A stretch of DNA of 64,000 nt, taken from assembly GCA_037379345.1 (NCBI GenBank), contig CM074511.1, forward strand, positions 64,982,862-65,046,861, in the 5' to 3' direction. The translations under genes and the position numbers were made by a program. Shown piece by piece: positions 53,001 to 64,000 of this stretch. The DNA is from Perna viridis. Taxonomy: Eukaryota. The notes below the pieces were generated by a model, which searched no databases, had not been told where the DNA came from, and was given only the letters and a program-made list of their open reading frames with translations. How positions within the stretch are numbered: position 1 is the first letter of the stretch; the number at the start of each line of letters is the position of its first letter.

Positions 53001-56000
53001 TTTAAAATTATCTAATATAAACATCTCAAAGATCAAACTTAGTAAGCAAGAGCCACTGATTTTAAATAATATGCACATGAGATATGTAAGACAATAGAAA
53101 CACTTTTACATCATTGGAATATTTACATATGATTGTCTATAACTTCACTGAGATAAAGGAAACCTTGGAAAGTTTAAATATTTGTTGATTCAGCATAAAA
53201 ACAAAGAATCAGTCTTTACTTAATGAGTAGAAAAAATAATTTTACATCAAAATAAAACATCAACTATACACAAGTGAAACAATGTAACCATTGACCTACC
53301 CATATTAGCTAACCATCTACCTACCAATATTAGCTACAATAACCATTGACCTACTCATATTAGCTAACCACTGACCTACCCATATTATCTACAATAACCA
53401 TTGACCTACCCATATTATCTACAATAACCACTGACCTACTCATATTAGCTACAATAACCATTGACCTACTCATATTAGCTAACCATTTACCTACCCATAT
53501 TAGCTACAATAACCATTGACCTACCCATATTAGCTACAATAACCATTGACCTACTCATATTAGCTACAATAACCACTGAGCAACCCATATTAGCTACAAT
53601 AACCATTGACCTACTCATATTATCTACAATAACCATTGACCTACCCATATTAGCTACAATTACCATTGACCTACCCATATTATCTACAATAACCATTAAC
53701 CTACCCATATTAGCTACAATTACCATTGACCTACCCATATTAGCTAACCATTTACCTACCCATATTAGCTACAATAACCATTGACCTACCCATATTAGCT
53801 AACCATTTACCTACCCATATTAGCTACAATAACCATTGACCTACCCATTTATCTACAATAACCATTGACCTACTCATATTAGCTACAATAACCTCTGAGC
53901 AACCCATATTAGCTACAATAACCATTGACCTACTCATATTAGCTAACCATCTACCTACCCATATTAGCTACAATAACCATTGACCTACCCATATTATCTA
54001 CAATAACCACTGACCTACTCATATTAGCTACAATAACCATTGACCTACCCATATTAGCTACAATAACCATTGACCTACCCATATTAGCTACAATAACCAT
54101 TGACCTACTCATATTAGCTACAATAACCACTGAGCAACCCATATTAGCTACAATAACCATTGACCTACTCATATTAGCTAACCATTGACCTACCCATATT
54201 AGCTACAATAACCATTGACCTACCCATATTATCTACAATAACCACTGACCTACTCATATTAGCTACAATAACCACTGAGCAACCCATATTAGCTACAATA
54301 ACCATTGACCTACTCATATTAGCTAACCATTGACCTACCCATATTAGCTACAATAACCATTGACCTACCCATATTATCTACAATAACCACTGACCTACTC
54401 ATATTAGCTACAATAACCACTGAGCAACCCATATTAGCTACAATAACCATTGACCTACTCATATTAGCTAACCATTGACCTACCCATATTAGCTACAATA
54501 ACCATTGACCTACCCATATTATCTACAATAACCACTGACCTACTCATATTAGCTACAATAACCACTGAGCAACCCATATTAGCTACAATAACCATTGACC
54601 TACTCATATTAGCTAACCATCTACCTACCCATATTAGCTACAATAACCATTGACCTACCCATATTAGCTACAATAACCATTGACCTACTCATATTAGCTA
54701 CAATAACCATTGACCTACCCATATTATCTACAATAACCACTGACCTACTCATATTAGCTACAATAACCACTGAGCAACCCATATTAGCTACAATAACCAT
54801 TGACCTACTCATATTAGCTAACCATCTACCTACCCATATTAGCTACAATAACCATTGACCTACCCATATTAGCTACAATAACCATTGACCTACTCATATT
54901 AGCTACAATAACCATTGACCTACCCATATTATCTACAATAACCACTGACCTACTCATATTAGCTACAATAACCACTGAGCAACCCATATTAGCTACAATA
55001 ACCATTGACCTACTCATATTAGCTAACCATCTACCTACCCATATTAGCTACAATAACCATTGACCTACCCATATTATCTACAATAACCACTGATCTACAC
55101 ATATTAGCTACAATAACCATTGACCTACCCATTTTAGCTACAAAATGTACAATAACCATTGACCTACCCATATTAGCTAAGTCTACAACAGTTTGTTCTC
55201 CTTCCCAATTGATATTACTATTGCGAACCATTGACCTACCAATGTTAGCTACAATAACCACTGACCTACCCATATAAGCTTACCACTTACATACCCATAT
55301 TAGCTCCAATAACCACTGACTTACCCATTTTACCTACCCATATTAACTACAATAACCACTGACCTACCCATATTAACTAACCATTTACCTACCCATATTA
55401 GCTACAATAACCACTGAGCAACCCATATTAGCTACAATAACCATTGACCTACCCAGTTTAGCTACAAAATGTACAATAACCATTGACCTACCCATATTAG
55501 CTACAATAACCATTGACCTACCCATATTAGCTAAGTCCACAACAGTTTGTTCTCCTTCCCATTTGATATTACTATTGCGAACTGACAACATCTGCTGCAG
55601 AAGCTGGATGCCTTGTTTCACATCCTATGAATATTTAATCAGTTTTTTTTAAAGTAAGTAAAAACTAACTCATGTCTGTCATTTACTTTTTATGAATATG
55701 TTTATTCAACAAAAACACAAATCTGATAATATATTCTCTCACATTTCTACTTAATATGATTTTCATAAATGTATCACATTTTTTTTATGCCCATACATTT
55801 AATAAACAATAAACAAATCTTTTCTGAAAGAGCTTGGAAGTATTAACAAAGTCTGAAGTTATCAGCCATATACATGTACTGCTTGAAGATGAAGAACACA
55901 TTTTCACTTGTATTGTTAGACTGAAAAGTCAGAGAATTTCTGATTTATTTAATTTTTTCATAATTTACAAGCACAATATAGGCTAGAATAATTTGCTTGC

Positions 56001-59000
56001 AAGCATTCCTATAGAATTCTCAATACAATCTCAACATAGTTTACAGTACATTTGACTTATATAGTACATTATACCCCAAGTCCCTTTTTTCAAACTTAAA
56101 GAAACCTTGCAACAAGACAAACAGACAAAAAATAGTAAAAAAAAACTTTCAGCCATACAAAGAGAGACAGCTGAACAGTGAGATAGATGGGAAGAGAGAC
56201 ATACGGACAGAGAGACAGATGATAAGAAACAGATGGGCAAAGAGACCGATGACCAGCGACAGATGGACAGTGGTATGCTATAATATGGTAAATCAGAGGA
56301 TGGTCATAGAATTAAAGTATAATTAATTGGAAAGAGTGAATAAGTAAAATATGATCATGAGTGTGCAAGAATGCCAAGATTTAATGAGTGACATCAAATA
56401 AAATGAACGTCACATCAGAAAAGTGTTGCGATGTTTTGAATAGAGAATGTCCTAGAGACAAATAACAAAATTTATTTCATACATGTATGTGAATTATTGA
56501 AATTTATTACACAAGGAACATTTGATAATTCATTAATATCTATTTCATATAATAATTTTCTAAATATTTACCTCAAAAAATTCATCATTAATTTCTTTTT
56601 TCCTTCCATCATTTTCATGTATCATATTACATAACATGTACAACAGTGCACCCTTTCTCCAGTAAACACATTCTACAATTTCATGGCCTAGAGTTTCAAT
56701 TATCTGTAATAAAACATATATTGATTTAAGAACTTTAGTGAGCCAACATATGTACAGGTATCAAATTCTAATCAATCACAATGTAATTGAAGAACAAAAT
56801 TTCCCCAAGCTTTGAAGTATCTAACCACATTTATGAAGCTAAAAAACCCTAAATAATTATTGTTCATAAGCTACTACTTTTATGATTTTCATGAATTGGT
56901 TGTATCACTAATTCATAAATCAGATTCCCAAAATATCTTTTAAACTCTCCACTTAAAATTAAAATGCTCATACAAAATTCACAAAATAAAAACCTCATTC
57001 AGTAAAGAAATTTGGATTAAGAATGAAATAAATACTGTGTACAAAAGTAACATCTCAGTAAATAGGAAAAGGCAATATATGGCACTGCTTCCTGACTCAC
57101 TATATATAACTCTGCTAGTTTATAAGCTGTGCTATATAGGATGTAAAAAATTGACCAGACATGAGAACTTCTCATAACAAATCTTCGAAGCTATGTCTGT
57201 TGTACTGTATTAATTTGCATACAAATGTGGAGTTGAGTACTTAGTATGTCAGATGAGTTAAGCTTGGAAACATCAAAAATACCTCTATGCAGGAGATAGG
57301 ACACATGAACAGATGCATTGACAGATGGGTCAAAATCTTTCATTCCTAGTAATCATTTTACTATTTTTTGCACCATTTTTAGCAATAAACCACAGAGGGC
57401 AAATTCAGAAACTTATAAAAATGTATGATGTTTCTAAGCTATCATTTGCTTATCTCTGCCTAATCTTTACACAAACTAACAAAAGAAGGGTTCACAATCA
57501 CCAGAACCATTCCCAGGATCTTCCACTAGACTAACTTACAGATATGCTTGGTAAATATCTATTCTTCAATTCTTCTATTGTGTCAATCCAAACTGAAAAG
57601 CATTAATTATGGTTTTATGAATGTGGAAATAATTAATTTCAATCACTTTTCTCGCATGAAAATGTAAGTAAATAAATTGTTAAAAAGCTAACAAAATGAA
57701 TAACCAAAATTTATGTTTAAATTTATATGTATGTTTAAATTTTTTCACTCATCTTGCAATAGATAAAAAACAATGAACTGATATTATCCCCAATAATAAA
57801 ACCATTAAATTCATTTTTCACTGATTTATATTTACACTAAAAAAAAATCATTCTCTTCCAAATATTAATTTAAAGAGTAGGGGAGATAACTATCTATATA
57901 TATTTTGTTATCTTGGCCTATTTTTAGAGTTCAACCTAAATAAGATTTATGAAGATGTATTAAAAAAAAAACAGTAACAGTAAATATACTTACAAAAAAT
58001 TTCATGTACCCTGTCCTTGGATGATGCTTCAGGAAATTCCTGTTCCACAAGCTTACATTCATCACTGTATGTGAAATCCAATACAATCTGAAATGAATGA
58101 CCCCAAAATCATCCAATCAATATCCAGTTTAAAGGTTAATTAACAAGTTTAAAATAAAATGAAACCATATAATGTAGATATTGATAAATTGCAAAATTAT
58201 CAGAAAAAAGACTCATATTTATTTTTGCTTTGATGAGGACAGCAAATGTATCATTATTTTCTAACAGTTATCTGAATCTTTCCATGAGTTTTGAAAAAAA
58301 AAGAGTGAACTGAACTGATCATGTGATTCTTAGCGACCTTGAATCATCTCATGAATAAACTAAATGTTTTAGTAGATTAAAGACTACACAACTCGCTACA
58401 AACAATATATCTTATTCATGCAGATTGGTTGAGAAACAGGTCAAATAGCTTAATAAGAGTGTTTCTAGAATTCATTTATCTCTTATTACGGATGGTTACA
58501 TGCATATGTTGCATGGAATAAGAAAATGCATTTAATTCATTATAAAGACCAAAATATTGTTTGAGAGATCTGGTGATTCAATAAGCAATCATTCATTAAA
58601 ACATGCATACTGTTGATAGTGATTTTATATCACAGTAAAATCTATATAACAAATCCCCTTGAAGCCTGACAAGTTTCATTGATCAAGTGACTGATTTTCT
58701 CAGGCTTCAATTCATAAAAACAGATGTGAACAGATTTTTCAAAATGTTTCATTTTTACACATTTCCAGTTTAATTAGTTTAATCAGTTGTTACCTGTGCA
58801 TACAATTTTAACTGCTCTTTTACTTCATCATCTGTGACATTTTGAGAATTTTCAAGTATATTACTGCTGCAGGAACATTTATCTCTGACCTGCTTCAATA
58901 TTGGATCATCTACAATAAACCATAAATCAGAAACATTTTAATTCAGAATCTGATACATACAGCAAATGTTGCACTGGTAATAGTATATGTGTGGCTCATG

Positions 59001-61248
59001 TTTTGTATGGAATTTATTAAAGAATGTAGGATTCAACAGACAACAATTGAGAGAGACTGACAACTCTTATTCACGTGATGCAAATTATATTTTTCTTATA
59101 CCGATATATGCAAATTGTTTAATAAATAATATTAAAATTTAAATAGATGTAACATTAAAAACAAAGAATTTAAGCTTTATCAGAAGAATCTGCTATAATT
59201 GCACATTTTAGTGTCTAAATATTGTCATATATTTTTAATGTTACAAATTTTCTATATCAAGGCCAAAAGTCAATGTTATATTTTACTCAAAATGTCTTTT
59301 TACTCCTTGTTGAAATTGTACATTTGTAATTTTTTAAGCATATGGTTAATAAAAAAGAATATAGAATATATCTATATAAAAATAGACTATCCTGTGCGTT
59401 GAAAAAATAATGCAACTACAAGTTAATTGAGTGTATCAAAGTCTCACAATTCAGTTCCATGTACTGTATAAAAAATTACCATAAAAATAAAGAATTTTTG
59501 TCAATTTACATTAAATATTTATACTTTAAAAAAAAAATATCAAAGAACTAAGAAGTCTTAACCACATGTATGACTTGTACTATTGGATACTTTATTTTTC
59601 TGCTTAACACCCTTATGTAGTTTATTGCCCACTAGTTTACACAAAACGTACCTGTGTTAGACATGTAACAAAAAGATGATTCAATCAACATATGATAACC
59701 AAGGAATTCTCACCATGCAATTTAACTCATTTTCTACAAATGTATTAATTAATCAATATGGACTAGGTAGCACTGGAAATTTATCAGCAATGATAATTGA
59801 TTATTTTTTTTTGTTAATGCCTAATTTTCTTAATCGCAAGACTTCTCATCATACCTTGACTACAAGTGTACAAACAATACATCTACTGCGCTATATCAAG
59901 GATTTTTATAGTAGAATATATGATATGCTATGTCTCTATATTGTGTTATTTGACACTATAACCTTGGTTCCCTTTATTACTATTTTGCAATGTCTTATTA
60001 TGACATCTGATGGATATATTGATGTTGAATGTGAGTGCCCCTGCAGGACCATGATTGGATTTCAATAAAATTTGAATTTAGTTGTTTTGACTATCATTGC
60101 AAAACTCACATGAACATGACAACCAACCCCTAAGGGATTATGTTAGTAGCTGCTGCGAGCAATAATCCAAGTGTTGGGGATAAAAAAAACTTAATATACA
60201 CTGACACTGTACCTCTTATTTTTCTATTATGAAAATCCTTGATCCAAAAACAAAAAAATCAGAGTAGGTACTACATATTGTACTAGCTGATGGGCTGCCA
60301 GTGAACAAAAGCAAGAATTTTAATAGTACAAGAAGAAGAACTGTTTTTTCACCAATAAAGGGCCCATAAAAGGGCATGATTACAATACATTTTTTTTTTA
60401 CATACAACAGTTTTGATTTTACAGATATAATAACATATAATATCAACAGTTAATTTACAAACTAAATAATTGTCACATTTTTTAAGCTTTTACTTGCATT
60501 CTGAGTAATACATCATAGTAATCAGCACATAGTGTTTAGTTATCATACTGGCACACCTCAGTTTCATTTACAAAATTGGATTATGATAATGGAGATTATA
60601 ATTATGATCATCAAATTATTATATGAATAAAGAATGTAAATGTATATTCACTTAAGGGCATATCTATTTGCAATAGTGATAATAATGAAAAAAAAAAATA
60701 AATAAATAAATGCCGTGGACATAATTCTCACTAGAAGCCTCCTTGTGCCCAGTGCAGAGAAGCAAGTCTTTTGAGTTGCTTCAAGACAAAGGACACCAAG
60801 GGACGGTGCTCTAGGCTTCAATTATGAAAATTAAGGATCAAATTTGCATATATTGGGCTTTTAATTACCCAAAATTCTTACATTACATATTACAATATAA
60901 GCAGAAAAAGATATGGGAAGATATTAATGATAGACAAAAAAAAATAATAATAAATAACATATACACATGTAGTCTACTATAAAAATCTTTGGCAAATCGA
61001 AATTACTATGGCAAATATAACCATATGTCGATTTGAAAAGACATTATGTACTAGCCAACTATTACTTGTGGCACACTTGTCTATCAAGCCCTTTTGTCTT
61101 TTCTCATTTTAAAAATTATCTAGCTCCCTCTTAATTTCACCAAGAAAAAAAATTAAGATATAGGAGCATTTCATTTACCGCTAGATGTTAAAGTCTTTTC
61201 ACATAGCTGTCTAATTTGGAGAAGCTTTTCCCCAATAGTAGAAGACAT
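50078..61248 (-). CDS. RIMOC1: RAB7A-interacting MON1-CCZ1 complex subunit 1 (C5orf51 homolog), 7 exons, ~260 aa
   Basis: Phase-consistent exons 61179..61248, 58794..58909, 57994..58087, 57540..57592, 56572..56703, 55522..55624, 50078..50292. Motifs LYAQIVLDFTY..KLVEQEFPE, ECVYWRKGALLYM and GIYSDTHLLGMMYAGEMCYW match C5orf51/RIMOC1 as I recall it. Confidence 0.88.
50558..51074 (+). mobile_element. Full-length SINE-like retroposon, copy 2, (AATC)n tail, 12-bp target-site duplication
   Basis: TSD TCAAATGGATTC at 50546..50557 and 51075..51086; tail GGACGTTAAACCCCAAC(AATC)n. Confidence 0.9.
51226..54641. repeat. 1708-bp direct tandem duplication (unique intron DNA + minisatellite)
   Basis: The sequence starting AAGCTTGTTACAAATC at 51226 recurs at 52934; identical ORFs are offset by 1708 (51779/53487, 52243/53951). 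Confidence 0.9.
51578..55533 (-). repeat. 30-bp minisatellite built from the RIMOC1 exon-6 donor site (two blocks)
   Basis: Unit TTATTGTAGCTAATATGG|GTAGGTCAATGG (minus), with 25-bp variants; continuous with the true exon end at 55522. Confidence 0.92.
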
Positions 61249-61442
61249 CCTTGCTTTGGTGATATCAGCTGATTACTCCCCTTTGACACGGAAAAATATT
61301 GTTCACCGTAATTGTGTCATTGTAAAGATTATTTTTTCACCAATGAAAATTTTCCCATTTCGATAACTAAGTGCGAGACTGTTTTGTTTTTGTTTACAAC
61401 GTGGAGGACACACATATTGAACTTTGCTAAACCAGTAGCCCA
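61249..61442. promoter_or_regulatory. Probable bidirectional promoter between RIMOC1 and the IQ-motif gene
   Basis: Only 194 bp separate the two divergent ATGs; CCAAT near 61340 and a forkhead-type TGTTTAC near 61391. Confidence 0.6.
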
Positions 61443-64000
61443 ATGCCTCCTAAAAAGGCACCAGTAACAAGACCCCCAGTGAAAGCTCCGGCTAAGCCTC
61501 CTGTCATAAAAGGGGCACCTGCTGCTGCAAAAGGTCCTGCAGCAAAGAAAGGCCCTGGTCCTGCAGTTGGTAATTAAATACCACTTGAAACATTTTTTGA
61601 AGAAAAAACGTCAATGTTTGTGAACACTATTTCATATGCTATAGAAGATAGTTTCATCTTTCATGTGATAGAATGAAACCTGCTTATACACCAGTTTTTA
61701 AATATATGTGTTTAATATGTGATAGATTAAATCTGAATCACTTCTGTAACGCCATAATAAATACATTACATGTGTATGTATCTGCGTGCCACATGATAAA
61801 TTGAAATCTCATTTGATAGGACTTATTCACAGATCTTTTGCTGATTCAAAAAAATTATGTTGTTCTTGGTTGCAAATCCACATATTTTTCTGAAACATTA
61901 CACAGGAGTATAGTGTGCTACACAGAAAAGCAGTTTTGTGACATGCTTGATTTCCTCATTGATAACATATTTGTCACATTTGGAGGAGCTGTTTTTCAAC
62001 AACAAGTTGGCATTCCAATAGGCACTAACTGTGCTCCTCTCCTAGCTGATTTGTTCATATGTTAATATGAGGCTGAATTTCTCCAGAATCTCAAAATACA
62101 AATGTATTACAGATGCTACATCACATACAGATATATTAATGATTAACAATCCTTCGTTTGCAGTGATTTTCCAATCATTTTTGCCATTGATGGAAGACTT
62201 TTCAGAATGATGAAAATAATCAGGTCTCATTTCGTCACTTGCAATCTTTGAAAGTACAAAAAAACTTGAAGAGCTGTAAGCCCATGCTATTTGAATTGTC
62301 TGGAAGACATGCTTGCATTATAGTGAAAAATGTACTTTATTCATGGGCAATGTACATTTAAGTTTTATTTATTGTCTTTACACAGTGCTGTAAATCACAG
62401 ATGGATGCAAATACTACTTTAAAAAATATACCATTAAAATAGTCATCATTTTCTCATGGGAAAATGACTAAAGCTTTCAAAATCCTGGAAAAAACCCTGG
62501 CTCCTAGACTAATTTGGGATGTGAACTTATGTTCTGCATTTCAGGTTTCATGTCTGTCTCTAATTAATAAATACTGGATATGAAAATAAACATTCAAAAA
62601 CCTAGCGTTGTTTGAGACTTGGACTTCTTGAAGAATTTGAAAATTTAAGCTGGCTTTGGAAGCTTTATCTTACTTTTCTAGGTAGCTTCCTAGCTGTAAT
62701 GAACTTAAACATAATATTTTTACGAGACAGGTGAGGCCAGAAACCCTTCCAAAGTAGCCTTGCAGCTGCTGTGTCTGATCTAATCCTGATTCCTCCAAAC
62801 CCTGCAACCCTCCTCAATTCAAAAATCATTTAAAATGCAGTACATTGTACTGCAAATCTAAATTTTTGTATGGCACATTGTTCTGTCACCCAACCCGACA
62901 TATCAACATTCAGTTAAAAAGAAGAGGGTTGCAGGATCTGAGGAAATTCAAACTAGGTCCAGTCAAATTTGGATCCCACTTTCCTCATATTCTGTTATGA
63001 AGTCAAGTTAAAAGAATGTTTCTAGAGTTCACATAGCTGTATCCCTTTTTTCTGCCATCTTGCAGATTTTTTAGGTATCAGGTCCTTAATTTTTATTTTA
63101 TCATTTTTGAACTTCCTTACCATTTACTAGAAGCTTCATTCAGGAGCATCATAAAAAAATATGAGGAGCAAACTTCTTAATCATGTCAGAATAACTAAGA
63201 TCATAAAAATATTTATGCTGTCTTAGGCCGCTACCATTTTGGTTTGATTGTTTTTTTGAAAGACATTATATTAAAATACTTCATCGGACAGCCCAATTTT
63301 TCAGAAACTGACACAAAATTAAATGCTCTGTGACCAGCTTGAAAAAAAACATCTATTTTAAATTATTGACATGGTTTTTTACACAATCATTTACTATACC
63401 TCATGTACATTTACTAAGAAGATAGTGATCATGCTGTTGGTGCATTCATCTATTTGTTTGTCTGTCGTCAGTTCTATTCTACATCTTGTCTAAGACTCCT
63501 GTATGGACTACAATGAAACTTTTACACATTCTTTATCTCATGATGCCATTAAGCATCTTTTATTTTGATTTTTCCATCTGAATGACTTTAGGAGTTCACT
63601 CTTGTCTTACAACATAAATTAAAAATTTTACAGATCTAAGCTATTTTGTTATTTCATACTGTTTGTTGTCATGTGCAAGTAAGTGCATGTTGGACATTAA
63701 TTCTTGTTTAGTTTGATTTGGCTTTTCTGGTGATTCTTTTTTATTGAACTGCTTATTTGTATTGGACAACTTATTATCTATATTTTTTTGTGATAATCAT
63801 TCTGTAAATAAGTGTAGTTTTATATTAAAACTATGGTTATATTTTAGGTGCCAAGAAAGGTGGACCTGCACCTGCAAAGGGAACACCTAAACCTGCAAAC
63901 AAACCCAAAGAAAAGGTCTGGACTAAACAAGATGATGCAGCAAGAACTATACAGACTAAATTCAGACAGTTTAGGGCAAAGAAAGTTCTACAGAAAAAAA
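61443..64000 (+). CDS. IQANK1: IQ-motif protein, 5' part (exons 61443..61569 and 63848..>64000), probably IQ motif and ankyrin repeat-containing protein 1
   Basis: MPPKKAPVTRPPVKAPAKPP.. Pro/Ala/Lys-rich leader spliced in phase to ..EKVWTKQDDAARTIQTKFRQFRAKKVLQKK (IQxxxRxxxxK motif). Ankyrin repeats lie outside the window, so the symbol is tentative. Confidence 0.6.
61838..62165 (+). mobile_element. Penelope-like RT fragment in intron 1 of the IQ gene
   Basis: MLDFLIDNIFVTFGGAVFQQQVGIPIGTNCAPLLADLF matches the PLE RT motif (Q..GIPMGTNCAP.LADLF); disrupted downstream. Confidence 0.8.

Noticed and set aside
51779-55273. (MGRSMVIVAN)n ORFs as stand-alone repeat proteins
   Set aside because: They are the translation of a 30-bp intronic minisatellite, broken by 25-bp variants; relevant only as possible exon extensions.
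51578-55533. CRISPR-like appearance of this and other regular arrays
   Set aside because: Units are contiguous with no unique spacers, there are no cas genes, and the context is eukaryotic introns.
59676-60068. 130-aa ORF and similar short AT-rich ORFs as genes
   Set aside because: No recognisable motifs, composition typical of AT-rich intron translation, and antisense within a RIMOC1 intron.

Overview
AT-rich, intron-rich animal genomic DNA. The repeat families and gene structure suggest a bivalve mollusc (inference). Six genes can be read. (1) The last two coding exons of RNase H1 (+). (2) A 19-exon PH/coiled-coil/TBC Rab-GAP of the TBC1D2/TBC1D2B family (-, 38241->5159, ~984 aa). (3) An intronless alpha-L-iduronidase (IDUA, GH39) nested on the same strand inside TBC intron 5. 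(4) An essentially single-exon gene whose C-terminus resembles N-formylglutamate amidohydrolase/poly-gamma-glutamate hydrolase zinc hydrolases (+). (5) A 7-exon RIMOC1/C5orf51 (-). (6) Head-to-head with RIMOC1, the start of an IQ-motif gene, probably IQANK1 (+). Introns and intergenic DNA hold a decayed RT-RNase H LINE inserted into an older LINE, Penelope-like remnants, several MITEs, two full-length copies of a highly structured SINE-like element with no tRNA head, and many minisatellites. Most notable: in two genes the exon end plus 5' splice site has been amplified into in-frame tandem arrays; the nested IDUA may be expressed through a stop-start (TGA-A-ATG) splice from the host gene; and the intronless microbial-type zinc hydrolase is unexplained. 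Exon models were derived by hand from GT/AG sites and phase continuity and have no transcript support.
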